Positions 13,651-26,885 of a DNA stretch of 64,000 nucleotides are shown piece after piece. Both the position numbers and the translations under genes were made by a program. Below the pieces are notes generated by a model. That model was not told where the DNA came from and did no database searches. It saw only the letters and a list, made by a program, of their open reading frames with translations. How positions within the stretch are numbered: the first letter of the stretch is position 1; each line of letters opens with the position of its first letter. Location of the stretch: positions 310,001 through 374,000 of the forward strand of contig NW_025766503.1 of NCBI RefSeq assembly GCF_003918875.1, written 5' to 3'. Origin of the DNA: Haliotis rubra (lineage: Eukaryota).

Positions 13651-16636
13651 TTTCCTCTGTTTAGCGAGTGACGTGTAATTGGCAGTTTCTCACAACGAGA
13701 GCCACATATATTCGTCAACAGAAAGCACCTCTTATTCAGCGAGAGACGCACATATGTGTTGTACTTTTAAAAATCGCACTGTACCTATTATTTCAACCAA
13801 TTTAGTAGTACTGAGCAAATATTAGCTTTTCGTACGAGAGATGCTACCTTTAGTGTCAGTCAGAAGAAGTATTTAAAGTGTTTTGATAGCAATTGCTAGT
13901 CATTATCATAGACTTGTAAAGCGTTTGGCAAATGATTATGATGGTTTTACAGAGATAAGTGTCTGGTACTCTTCATTGGGAATGGATACAAAATACTTCG
14001 TATGCACATTGATTGAATTAGATGTAATGGTTTAGAGGTTACTGAAGATTATATTTTCTTCAACTTCCTAATAAATAGGAAACAATATACGAAATTTCAA
14101 GGACATACAAAGAATTCAAACACAATAGAATAGTTTGAATTTACTTTTTAGATATTATTACGTTGTCATGTTTCATATAATGAAACATAATGTATAAACA
14201 CAAATAATTATACATCCAACCTCAAATAGATTAGACATAATTTAACTTACTAATTTGATGCTTACTGAATTGTTACTAGTTATTTTCCGTAATCTAAAGT
14301 TGATAATGTTACCTTATCGAATATAAAGTGATAAGCCGCGCCTTTGCATCGAATATATATACATGTCAGTGTTATTACAACAATGAAATTTTTTACTACG
14401 TTTGTTACAAAACACAGTAAGTTGGTAATTTAAAAAGTTCTCACACATTGACAGAAGTAATATCATAAGTTATTGCATGTAAACCATACAAAAGTATTTC
14501 AAGCATTTTTGTTCAAGCTGTTGAAAGTTTCACGTTGATTTGAATTGTCAGTTTTCTATGCAGTTTACATGAGCATTGTGTAAATTATTTGTATTTGATC
14601 TCTGTAATTATCAAATCCGGTGTAATTATCATGTGTATCAATGAACTCAGTCTCTATTGATCCATCGTCAATATAAGTTGGATAGTATATCAGTTACGGT
14701 ATCGATACACATGCATATAATCATTCAATCAGATTACAGTAATGAGATAATTGAAGACCTCTTTCGAACAGCCTCCGGTAGAATGCATATGTAGTAACAT
14801 CCTTGTTGAAAGGTTTGTCCCGTGACAAGTGTAAAATAAACATGTTGTTATATCATTGGACAACTTGCTTTATGGAGCCCCTCTCTGTAATGTTTATGCA
14901 TGCACATCTTTAATTTTATGAACCTCGTTTGCATTCAGTATAAATATAGGCACGCCCACCTTCATAAATATCGGGGGGGGATTCAACTGCAAGTTTATAC
15001 ACTATAATGTTTCAGTATAGTGTCACTTCTCTACTTAATGGTTGGATTTCAATCGCTTTGTTTTTCTTATCGAAAAACACTAAAATGAGGACAAATAAAC
15101 TGGCCAAAGTGTCTATTTACTCCTATTTGTCTTATGTGTATATTTCATACATCGTTACCAGTGTGTATGTTTATAATACACAAACTGTTAGATGATAGCT
15201 TGAATTGATAAAGCCGAAACCCAGCATTTCGACTGGTCAAAGATATAGCCAATAATCAATCTCTATTCAAGCTGTTGAGTGACCAAATGTGCTCTTCAGA
15301 AATTTCGCCCACGCCCCATCACCTGTCCTTTCCTCTGTGACAGGTATCTCATGATACGATTGGTCACAGATAACATATGACCAGCCACTATATTGAACAG
15401 TTGAGATACCGAACGTTCTATTTGGGAAATTTGATGATGCCCTGTCACGTGACTCTTTGTTTTATGTCTATGCAAGGAATATGTAGTATACATTTTTATA
15501 TGTATGTTTGTATGGTCACTTATGTTTTCTGCATTAAATCTAGATGAAACAAAGTGCCAAGCTATGAATGTGCTCTATGTTAGTCACAGACTAGCGTAAT
15601 AGTACTTTCATTAAAGTAATTCATATACACTAGTAATGTATCGGCAAAAACGTTATTTCGTCTAGGATTAAAAGTATGTAAGTAAATTTTTCTTTACAGT
15701 ATATCATTGTCATAGGTGTTTTGTAAAATTAAACCTCACACAATGATATGAGAGAGAGAATTTGTTTATGTATGTTTCATCTCTTACATACAAAGAATAA
15801 ATGCAAATGGTGATAAAATATAAATGTACAAGCCGCCAAAGGTCTACAAGAGAAACTTGCAATAAATTTACATAAAACTTTGCAATACACGATATGTATT
15901 CACACCTGCTTTCTTTCAACATATATCTTTACGACACAATTAAACAATCAGGACTTGTTTGTACGACCAGACAGTTTCCTGTCATCCCCAAAACCTGCCA
16001 GGGAAATCAGGTGTGATTAGCACTAAATTAGTCTCGGCACAGCGAGTGGGCAATCAGCAAGGGCGTCCAGGTGTTGAGTAGTGAGCTGGCTCTCGGGCTT
16101 AATGAGTTTAGTCAGGATGTACTATCATCCATCAGTTCATGGTTGTTTTTGTCCCTTGAATCATGAAACTACGAGAATGAAGACAAACTGAAAAAAGAAA
16201 TTCATGAAATTTTTGCCTCTAACCTCTAACAACCATATCATTGTCTGGTCCAGGGCTGTGTAGTAAAACTTTAAAGTGGTTGATTTTTTGGAAGAGAAAA
16301 CAACTTCCAGAGTCCACTGATAAATGATTACGGTTCGGGATTAAGATGTGGTGTGTGTCAGAGCTGTTGACCTGTGCAGCTTGGTGAGCAAGAGTCTGGT
16401 GTTAACAGGGGGACCCACCATTTCTACCTGCTTCAGGGATCATGGGGTGATAAGCAGAGCTTGCTTTTCGTGTAAACCAAACAATTATACCTACACTGCC
16501 TGCCTATCTGCACTAAAGATAATTCTCCCTGCCATTACAATAAAATCAGTGACATGAGAGGTAAGAGACGTTTTGTAAAGTGGATATATATGTTAATGAC
16601 AGTTTTCACCCATGTTTCTTGATAACCATTCCACAG

Positions 16637-16714
16637 GCTGCTGAGGAAATGGTGAAGTTCCAGCTTCGCCATGGCAACGACCTACTTGCTATGGATTCAC
16701 TACGAGAATGTGAT
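16637..16714 (+). CDS. PLEKHG4: RhoGEF exon, end of DH domain (AAEEMVKFQLRHGNDLLAMDSLRECD)
   Basis: FQLRHGNDLLAMD is the PLEKHG4-family motif. Bounded by cag and gtaagt, 78 nt. Confidence 0.95.
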
Positions 16715-16840
16715 GTAAGTACTTCCATAAGCCATGCTCTTACAGATTACGTGAATAGAATAATAAGTATTGTCTTCCAGTCACAGAAATAATCATTAAT
16801 TGTGTTTATATGATTAGTATTGGCTAGTATTGGTACAAAT

Positions 16841-16988
16841 GAGTGAGTGGGCAACACCACTTTTAGCAATATTCCAGCAATATCACACCAGAAATGTGCT
16901 TCACATATTGTACCCATGTGGGGAATCGAACCCAGGTCTTCAGCATGATGAGCGAACACTTATGACTATTTGGCTTCCCCACCACCCT
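16841..16988 (-). mobile_element. tRNA-derived SINE (family A), diverged copy
   Basis: B box ggttcgattcc on the - strand, homologous to 29601-29771 and 59736-59904. Confidence 0.8.
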
Positions 16989-17300
16989 TTGTTACAAATA
17001 TAAGAATAAAGGCTCATATTATCACTGGTTGTACTTTTGATGATGCAAATTGTGATTTAGGAAAATAACTGCTGTAAATATGCTGACAAGATGGCTGGCT
17101 GTTGTGCATGGCTAGCATTTGGATATCCTGTTTGGAAGAGTTATTCACTGCAGAGACCAGCCAGTATCAGGACAGTCATTCATTTCTTAACATCAGGAGG
17201 TGTCTCAGTCCCCATTAATCCTTCTCCTCTGATATGAAACGGTTACTTCAGTATACAAGTGTGGTAGAAGTTCTGTCTATAAGTTGTGTATTTCACTCAG

Positions 17301-17474
17301 GTGAACCTGCAGGAGCAAGGGAGGCTACTCCGTCAGGATGAGTTCCTGGTGTGGCAGGGCAGAAAGAAGTCACTGCGGCGTGTGTTTCTGTTCGAGGACC
17401 TCATTTTGTTCAGCAAGACAAAGCGGGGTCGACAGGGCCACCATGACATCTATGTTTACAAGTACAGCTTTAAG
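17301..17474 (+). CDS. PLEKHG4: RhoGEF PH domain exon 1
   Basis: VNLQEQGRLLRQDEFLVW...RRVFLFEDLILFSK...YVYKYSFK. Bounded by cag and gtaggg, 174 nt. Confidence 0.95.
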
Positions 17475-17542
17475 GTAGGGACTTACCCTGCCATATGTGT
17501 CTGGTGGACATGTACTCTTAATATCAGTATCTAGCCCTTGGA

Positions 17543-17786
17543 GTGAGCGAGTGAATTTAGTTTTACGTCGCACTCAGCAATATTCCAGCTATATGGCGGC
17601 GGTCTGTAAATAATCAAGTCTGGACCAGACAGTCCAGTGATCATCAGCATGAGCATCTATCTACGCAATGGGGAACCGATGACACGTGTCAACTAAGTCA
17701 TCAAGCCAGACCACCCGATCCCGTTAGTCGCCTCTTACGACGAGCATGGGTTACTGATGATCAATTCTAACCCGGATCTTCACGGG
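17543..17786 (-). mobile_element. SINE-like retroposon (family B), full length, with a non-tRNA structured head
   Basis: 15-bp target-site duplication tatctagcccttgga (17528-17542 and 17787-17801), a (ctca)n-type tail, and homologues at 37265-37382, 49183-49663, about 51530-51685 and 56852-56899. Confidence 0.85.
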
Positions 17787-18258
17787 TATCTAGCCCTTGG
17801 AATGTCTAATTGAAGTTGAAATGGTGATTTCTGTTACTGCATGTTACTGACTGTACCTTTATTTACAAAGATGGCGTCTCACCATATTCTTATATAATTA
17901 ATGATGCAATTCAGGTTTCAGTTTTGAAATGTATTGTTTTACCTTGAATCCTCACATTTCACTCATTGCACTGAAGAACAATAACACTTATTTTGCAGTA
18001 TTGAACCACTGTATATCACAGCATCAAGTTAACTGTGGTGTAACCAGAGACCATTTGATCTTAAAGTGTTGGTTTGTTGTTGTTTAATGCCGCCGAGAAC
18101 AGTGTTCCAGCTTAAAGGGTCTCTGGGTATACAATTAACAGGTGCATGAAGATGCTGATAAATCATAAAATGGTTTGGTTTGGCTGTATTCTAGTATCTG
18201 ATCTGCAATTAAGGTAAGGAGGCCAAATTATAAGATCTTGTCTCTTTTCATCTTTCAG

Positions 18259-18436
18259 ACCTCTGATCTTGGTTTGACGGAGAACTATGGCGACAGTGGC
18301 TACAAGTTTGAGATTTGGTTTCGTCGGCGGTCTCTGGGAGAGAACTACATCCTTCAGGCTCAGAGCTCTGACGTGAAGCGGGCATGGGTACGGGACATTT
18401 CCAAGATGTTGTGGAAGCAGGCCATCAAGAACAGAG
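18259..18436 (+). CDS. PLEKHG4: RhoGEF PH domain exon 2
   Basis: TSDLGLTENYGDSGYKFEIWFRRR...YILQAQSSDVKRAWVRDISKMLWKQA. Bounded by cag and gtaaga. Confidence 0.95.
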
Positions 18437-20029
18437 GTAAGAAGGGGAGGTAACTCTAGCTCACTGAAGCTCTCTACCACCACCCTATCATTAGGGGAGG
18501 TTACTCCATGCGTTGGAGTGGGATGTACAGGTTTGCACCAGCCACCAGTGTTGAGTACTTGCTGAGGTACAGCTGAAACACTGCTGCATTGGCCAACGGG
18601 TTCCAGAAGAATGCTCTTTAAGGACTGAGATGCCTTCAGATTTCTTTGCATTTGAGAAAGTTTTGAAATTATTAAAACAATCTGCTCTAAGCCATAAGTT
18701 GAATGCCTTTTTTGTTTCACTGCAGAATATCGGTGAAGTTTGTCTTTGTGGTACTTGTCCAGATATTGTTGATATATTTTGAGAACTGATGGAACATTTA
18801 AAAGGATGTTGTTGCATATTTTTCATTATGTTCTCCACATAGTACAGGAGGCTACATGTTTGCATGTTTTATGGAATATCAATTTGTGTACTGATAGCTT
18901 GAAGAAGTTAACAGATATATGGGATTATATGTGCACTCTCCAGCATAAGCTTAATGACTAAGTTGTGGCACAATGCAATGGAAAACATTTTTTAAACTTG
19001 TCAAGAATCTTTATGGAGTCACACACTAATGGAACGTATTGACTGAAATTGATATTGTGGTCTAAACAATCTCTTTTCCATTATTGTTTTGCTTATGCTG
19101 GAGAGGCAACAAATAGTATTGTATATATTGATGGACAGAATATTAAGCCACATACTGCTACATATTTTATGTTAAATGATTTTTGCATAATGAATACAAA
19201 ATATGTCACTTCATTGAAAGAAACAGAGTTGAACATGAGCATCTGGTGTGTTCACAGCACTAGTAAACTGTCAACATTTTCTGGCGTACAACATGTTGTA
19301 GCACATGTTCTTCCACTTGTAGCTGTTCTTCCTTCCTTCCATCAGTGTGTGTATCTGTGTGTGTGTATAACTTAGTATTACTTCTTTGTGCCTAACTCTA
19401 ACATATTGTACTACATCTATATTCCCTTCCCTTCTCTTCCACTAATTATAATCCTTGGTGTCATCTGATTGGCTGGTCAAGTTGCCCCCAGTTCTAGATT
19501 AACCAATCAGATGCCATCATCACACTTGGCTCATTGGATGTTGTGAGGTTACATTGCTCATTTAACGACTTCCAACAGTTATATACCAGTATCAGAATAA
19601 TGGGGAAAATTTACTAACTTAAGAATTTCCAGTTAGTACATCATATTTGAAGCAGAGTTTGGTAATACACACAATGCTATAAGCTTACACTGAATAATTA
19701 AGGGGTTTAAGATCAACAATATTTTGATAATTATTATGAAGATCATCTCTTAGTGAACATGAATCACAAATATCAAGTTAACACAGCCATTTTGTGAACT
19801 GACAATATTGTTTTGATTAAGACCAAGAAGGATGAATAATAATTTCACAACTTGGAAAAGTACTAAATTACTATTTCTGAATTGCTACACTACTGCATAG
19901 AATATGTTTCTGCGATGATGTTTCGGACAGACGAGTGTACCTCACATCTCCAACACCCGAGCTGGCATGAGCATAGTGAAGTCTGTAGAGCTTTCCTCTC
20001 ACTGTCCCCCGTAATTTCTGTCCTAACAG

Positions 20030-20149
20030 AGGTGCGTCTTACAGAAATGGCCACGATGGGGGTTGGCAGTAAGCCTTGCCTGGATCTCAAACCCAGCGCT
20101 GACAACATACAGGATCGCTTCATCAACGTTGCTCTCGGCTCCAGGGGAT
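20030..20149 (+). CDS. PLEKHG4: RhoGEF post-PH exon (EVRLTEMATMGVGSKPCLDLKPSADNIQDR)
   Basis: Family-typical MGxGxKPxLDxKPS motif, phase 1-1, bounded by cag and gtaagt. Confidence 0.9.
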
Positions 20150-20269
20150 GTAAGTCATGGCAGACAGTTCAGATTGATTTTTCAAATATTATTTGATTGA
20201 GGCAATGAACAGTTGTAAGATAAAGGTGTTGTTTTATGTGGCAGCCTCTCTGGGTCAGCAGATATGACA

Positions 20270-21897
20270 TGTATGAGATACTGGGGACCTCTCCTACTTT
20301 GAGATCTAACCAGAATACTATTAAATGGAGTACTAGGGACTATCCTGCCCTGGGATTCCCACAGAGTACTGGGGACTATCCTGCCCTGAGATCCTAACAG
20401 AATACGAGGGACTATCCTGCCCTGGGATCCCCACAGAGTAAGAGGGACTATCATGCCCTGAGATCCTAACAGAATATGAGGGACTATCCTGCCCTGGGAT
20501 CCCCACAGAGTACTAGGGATTATCCTGCCATGAGATCCTAACAGAATATGAGGGACTATATCCTGCCCTGGGATTCCCACAGAGTAAGAGGGACTATCAT
20601 GCCCTGAGATCCTAACAGAATATGAGATGCCCTGGGATCCCCACAGAGTACTAGGGATTATCCTGCCATGAGATCCTAACAGAATATGAGGGACTATATC
20701 CTGCCCTGAGATTCCCACAGAGTAAGAGGGACTATCCTGCCCTGAGATCCTAACAGAATATGAGGGACTATCCTGCCCTGAGATTCCCACAGAGTACGAG
20801 GGACTATCCTGCCCTGAGATCCTAACATAATAATAGGGACTATCCTGCCCTGAGATCCCCACAGAGTACGAGGGACTATCATGCCCTGAGATCCCCACAG
20901 AGTACGAGGGACTATCATGCCCTGAGATCCTCACAGAGTACGAGGGACTATCATGCCTGGAGATCCCCACAGGGTAAGAGGGACTATACTGCCCTGAGAT
21001 CCTAACAGAATACTGAGGGACTATCATGCCCTGAGATCCCCACAGAGTACGAGGGACTATCTTGCCCTGAGATCCCCACAGAGTACTAGGGACTATCCTG
21101 CCCTGAGATCCTAACAGAATACTAGGGACTATCCTGCCATGAGTTTCCCACAGAGTACGAGGGACTATCCTGCCCAGAGATTCCCACAGAGTACGAGGGA
21201 CTATCCCCCTGAGATTCCCACAGAGTACGAGGGACTATCTTGCCCTGAGATCCTAACAGACTACTAGGGACTATCATGCCCTGAGTTTCCCACAGAGTAC
21301 TGGGGACTATCATGCCCTGAGATCCCCACAGCGTATGAGGGACTATCATGCCCTGAGATCCCCACAGCGTACGAGGGACTATCATGCCCTGAGATCCCCA
21401 CAGACTACGAGGGACTATCCTGCCCTGCGTTTCCCACAGAGTACGAGGGACTATCATGCCCTGAGATCCTAACAGACTACTAGGGACTGTCATGCCCTGA
21501 GATTCCCACAGAGTACTGGGGACTATCTTGCCCTGAGATCCTAACAGACTACGAGGGACTATCCTACCCTGAGATTCCCACAGAGTATGAGGGACTATCA
21601 TGCCCTGAGATCCTAACAGACTACTGGGGACTTTCCTGCCCTGAGATTCCCAGAGTACGAGGGACTATCCTGCCCTGAGATCCTAACAGAATACTTGGGA
21701 CTATCCTGGGAGTTTCCCACAGAGTACGAGGGACTATCATGCCCTTAAACCCCCACAGAGTACTGGGGACTATCTTGCCCTGAGATCCTAACAGACTACT
21801 AGGGACTATCCTGGCCTGAGATTCCCACAGAGTACGAGGGACTATCCTGCCCTGAGATTCCCACAGAGTAAGAGGGACTATCCTGCCCTGAGATCCC
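20270..21897. repeat. 36-bp minisatellite (gggactatcctgccctgagatccccacagagtacga) with two alternating variants
   Basis: About 45 units visible. Confidence 0.95.
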
Positions 21898-22005
21898 TGT
21901 CAGCCATTATGTATTGGTGTACTACATAACTTGCATTCTGTGACAGTACTCAAAACTCATTCCAAATTTTCATGTTAACAACCATAAATTCTCATAATAT
22001 TTCAG

Positions 22006-22212
22006 CTCGAACAAGGAACTCTATAGCAGTATCATCGTTCGAGCACCTGCGGAACGGCAACAAGCGCCCCCACTCCATCATCTCTGTGAGCAGCACCTCT
22101 TCCTCCAACTCCAGCCACTCCAGTTTCGGTCTGTTCGGGTCTCTCAACCTCGCCTTCGACCCTCTCGACAGTCCCCGGTATCAGAGGAGATCTGTCACCT
22201 TCCTGTCAAATG
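22006..22212 (+). CDS. PLEKHG4: RhoGEF Ser-rich C-terminal exon (SRTRNSIAVSSF...RPHSIIS)
   Basis: Phase 1-1, bounded by ttcag and gtgagt. The RxSIAVSSF and RPHS motifs occur in this family. Confidence 0.9.
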
Positions 22213-22868
22213 GTGAGTGGGGAATGTCTTACATAAGTTAATGTAGAACATGTTACTGTGCCGACTGGTATGGGGGACTATGTATTCAGCAGCGCCCGTA
22301 CGTCCCGATTCTTGTTAACACGATATCTCATGAACTGTTGTACCCAATGTCTTCAAATTTGGTGACAGCCTACATTGGGAGGATTACGCAGACACCAGTT
22401 GATTTGGGTGACCTTGACCTTATTTTCAAGGTCACCATGACACTTTGACACTAAAAACTACATCCCACAAAAGGTAATCTTCTATGTAACCAGAACATAA
22501 ACACTAGTAAATATGTTATATTTCATTCTTCTTTAGTGGCAGGGTACATTGCCATGTTAGTGGCAAACACTTGTTCCTTATGCAGTACCATTAGCACAGA
22601 TCAGTGTGTTAGTTTCATGGCCATCTGTGCAGTATATTCCATCACATGCCCAGGCAACTTTGTGGCCAAGATAGTATGTAGATGTGGCGATGTTCCCTTA
22701 TTATGTACGCAGATGTTGTATCACCAAACGTTGAAACACCAGACATTACGCAATGACAGAATGAAACCCCAAACATGGCCATAAGTCAGTAATCGTATTT
22801 TGATAAATGGTGAGATCAATTGCTCTTTCTTTGGCAGTGCTGAGTGTATTGGTATGTTTGTGTTCCAG

Positions 22869-23046
22869 AGAGCGGTATTGGTACAGACATTTCTAGTGGA
22901 GAGGCGGACCCTGGGGGAGGAGGGGGGACCGAAGGGGGGGGAAGCCAGGTCCAGAGGATCTAACTCCAGTGTCCTCAGCCAGGTCCTATATTGATTACAT
23001 GAAATCCAGGGTGTTCAAGCAGAATTATGAAACTGTTGTAACAGAT
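22869..23046 (+). CDS. PLEKHG4: RhoGEF penultimate exon with an apparent 1-nt frameshift in G runs
   Basis: ttccag acceptor gives ESGIGTDISSGEADP. After the G runs (22913-22941) another frame is open up to a gtgagt donor at 23047 (...KQNYETVVTD). As assembled, the first frame stops at 22961-22963. Confidence 0.65.
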
Positions 23047-23325
23047 GTGAGTACTTCCTCAGTACACTGCAATTATTTCATACGAAAAATGTTAACTGGA
23101 TAAATGAAATAAATGATTATCCCTGCTGGAAGATTTGTTTCAATTTCATCCATGTAAAGAACCAAAGAAAAATATGTAATAATTGTATTCAGAGTACACT
23201 TTTGTGGAATGAAAATGATCCAAGCATTGTTCAAAGAATACCAGTAACATGCTGTAGAAACTGACTCAGTTTTTCCGTTCATGCTAATCTTTTGCAGTCA
23301 CTCATGTGTCTCTTTACTCCAACAG

Positions 23326-23331
23326 GTATGA
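23326..23331 (+). CDS. PLEKHG4: RhoGEF terminal coding exon (V-stop), start of a 3' UTR of about 3.1 kb
   Basis: tctctttactccaacag acceptor followed by GTA TGA, giving a C-terminal -TDV. Confidence 0.6.
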   Translation, partial: V

Positions 23332-26300
23332 CACTGTGACATCAGTAAGATCTTGGTGCTTTCAAATTAACACCTCCCACCCTTTAGTGGACTCTTCCAC
23401 GCAAGACAAGGAAGGGTCCATGGTGTGAAGAAAAGGGTAAACAGGAGGAAAAAACAGACCAAAGACAGAAAGGGTTGATCCCATTACAGCTTTGCATGTA
23501 GTGTTCAACTTACGGATGTGATCAAAGTGCTGTGCAATGAACTGCTCGTCACAGCCTGAAGATTCACTCCCGATTGTGTAAACAAACGTAATAATTTCAA
23601 CCACAGTACCTATACAAGAGTTCACATTAATGAATGAGTCAGACATGTTTCTGAAATGAGCTCTCTTTTCTGACATACTAGTAATGAATCAAACTGGACC
23701 CGGCGTGTATAAACAACACACATTCACCTAGTGATATTGACTGGGTCTTCTCACCTTGCCATAGGTGGAACCTTCTTATATACTCTGAGTTGGAGGAAAT
23801 ATCCTCTGAAGCAGTTTTTTAGACTGTACTGAGTATGAACAAATGAGTGGTGGTGATACTGAAAGAGAACTGAGCAAAAGGCTCTGAATATACCTGAACT
23901 TAGCCTTCCTAAACAAGCAAAGTGACATCTAACTGGCGGCAATCTGGCATGTCTAATAATGTACTGATTGGTTGGTTGTAGTCAGGTGATGCGACAGCAG
24001 AAACCTGATTGGCTGAAGAACAAACATGTCCATGATGATGAACTGTGTATCTCTGTATATCATTATGTATACTGATTCTTCCATCATTTTATATTTGGTC
24101 TTCTATGACAGATCGTTTTATATCATTGTGTACAGTCAATGCAAGCTATATATCACACATATGTATCGTTTGTGATGCTGATGCAATATCTGGTAAATAT
24201 CTAAGAGTAAAAAAACACTGACATCATGTGTATATTTATGCCCAGTGTGAGCTGTGTTAGGGCCCCTCGCTACCTCAGTATATATGTATATCCTGTGAAT
24301 GTACCAGCTATATGTGTGCTTGGAATAGCCTTTTGTTTGTGCTTTTGTTTATTTCTTCTTGTTTGGTTGGTCCACTTCCTTCTTCTATATACAAATATGG
24401 TTTCAGGGATGACTTTGGTCTCCAGTTGGTACAGCTCTACACTATAACACATTATTTATCTTTTAGAATTGTATGAACAAACTGTTGAGCCAGTTCCAAG
24501 TGCTCAAAAATCTGTGTACAAGCTGATACAAGTGGGACCACGTTTGATCTGAGACAATGTATTTAGGATTATATTGAGGCCATGCACTATTTAGTTGTGA
24601 TAAGTGGTTTTACCTTCAGTATAACCATACATCTTACAGACTCAGTATACATGGTCCGTCTGTGTCTGTGTAGAATACGGAGTTCATGGTCTCAAATGTT
24701 AATGTTTCTAAGGCTATGTAAAAATGTTTTCTCATCAGTTTATTTTCAATCTTATGAGGACACCAAACTTTGGGTTTGTTACTAATTGGTAAAACCTTTA
24801 ATTATTTGAAACTTTGCTGGGCATTTTCTAAGATTTATTTTACAATATAGCAAGTAATCAAACTCTTCAAGCTGCTTAGGGGAAGAGTCAAAAGTGATGC
24901 AGGCTGTCACGTGACGAGGGGGGTTACTCCCTCCATTTAGTTTACACTTTGAATGATGAGAATTATTAGCACACTTTTGACAAACCTTTTGCTTTTAATG
25001 AGCTTCCAGTGTGTATCGTGGCATTTGTTTAAACCAAGGTGCCTTCCCTTAACTAGAACAAAATGTCACTTTGACTTTACATGGCTGCCAAAGCACATTG
25101 AACAACCAATAGCAAATATTTGTTTGGAACAAATTTGTGTTCCATAATTGTGTATAAAAAAAGCAGTGTATTTGTCATATATTTTAAGAAATCCTCATGT
25201 TCAAAATTTACAGAACAGCAGTGTTCATCTCTGCTGACATGGCACAACTATCTGAAACAACGTGTGGGAATGGGATTAATATTATATGTTCAGATGTTAA
25301 CTCTTTTTTGAGGGGACTATTTTGAAAGTAGTTAGCTCTTCTGCTTAATTAACAAAGGGTAGGATGGGTTGGAACTTTTCAATATTATACAAGCTTGTGA
25401 TATATGGAGAAACAATCACCAGTATTACAACTGAGCTTAGAGCAAGTCCTGTCGGCATTATGATTTGAGTGATAAGAACAAATCTGATAAACTTGAAACA
25501 TGGCAGACATAGTTTTTCATCGGGTTGTTCATTACTGTTGTGCAGTGTAGTTGAAGTATTCAAATAGTTACATCACCACAATTCTCTACTACTCTGAGAT
25601 GTAACTTATAGTCGTGATTATCAGCAGCAGAAGAAGGTGCTCAGGCTGATGGTTCCACCATATTCACATGGGCAGGAGTGGCTGTACGAGCTGTTCCTGT
25701 CATGATCTCTAATGGTTGACAGTATTCTTCCCCAACAATGGTACAAGTGGACTTGTTGCACTTCCTTCGTCTGGTTCAGGTCAATTAAAGCAAATATTTT
25801 TGTCAGGCCCATTGTTCACTGAAAATGACCTTTTCAAGAAAAGTATTTTTTAAATTCTGCAATGTCATGCTCTACCTTTAAACATCAGTTTCTTTAAGCT
25901 GTCATATTTTGCAGACCTCTGTGTTGTTGAGATGCCAGACAGCAATATGTTACATTGCTATTCACAAGGGCCCTGGTTTCATTGAGTGGTTACTGGGCAA
26001 ATGTAATGAGGGTCTGGACGAGGGGGCTCAGTTATCATCTAAGTCATGCTTTTGAAAATTGCACTCATCCACATAATGTTATTTATTGATTGTTAACTGC
26101 TTTTCATATGACATCAGTGTTGTTGGTTTTATGAAATTCCTGCCATTGCACTCGTCTCATCCAGGCCCTCAACCCATGGGTATTTCCTATGCATGAAATA
26201 ATGGCATTGTTGTTACAAGATTCTAAATCTCTAATACTCACCTGTTAGCATGGACACCTGTATATTTGGAAATGGAGTTTTATGAACATTGCATATGTAT

Positions 26301-26427
26301 AAAGTGGTATTTTTCTAGCGCCAAGGACCGTTACCATGGATATTAGAAATGAGTTAAAATTGCAAACAAGATGAGATTTATATAGCTACACTAGGGTGAA
26401 TGTAGTTTTCAGCAGTAGGATGATCTC

Positions 26428-26433
26428 AATAAA
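26428..26433 (+). terminator. Candidate poly(A) signal of the RhoGEF gene
   Basis: AATAAA followed about 20 nt later by a GT/T-rich stretch. Confidence 0.4.
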
Positions 26434-26885
26434 TACCATTGTACAAATAGTCAGTGTGTTTCTTATTCTTCATAAAATAGATTCAGACAATTTGGATGTG
26501 GAAATATATATGTATTTTCTGTGAGAATTCCTGCCCAGTGGTCACAGTGCATTTTCTTCTTTACAAACAAATAAGGTTCTGTCAGTTTTATGGCTGATGG
26601 ATAATAGAAAATAAGTCCCACAGTTCATCAAATGCAACAAAATCAACCAAAATAAAACCAGATAAAACTACCAACACACATGGTGGGTAAGAATGGCTTC
26701 ACTGTAGCACATACTTGATGCTCCAACTGGACCAGGCATCATAGTTGCTGCACATCCACAGATGAAGCTGAGTCTTTCAAAGTTACTTTATGCATAGGAT
26801 ACTTTCAGTGTTGAACACATGTAAAGTATGAAATCTTTGAGAATTAGGCCTTTGAAAATACTGTTAATCTGATTTAGTATATGGT

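Noticed and set aside
16030-16080. Missing DH exon (QRVG resembles QRMGKY)
   Set aside because: No LLKPV upstream, no KY.LLL downstream, and an early stop.
20182-21601. Repetitive ORFs (also 27063-27497, 49181-49587, 52723-53137 and 55376-56469)
   Set aside because: Translations of minisatellites with no independent coding evidence.
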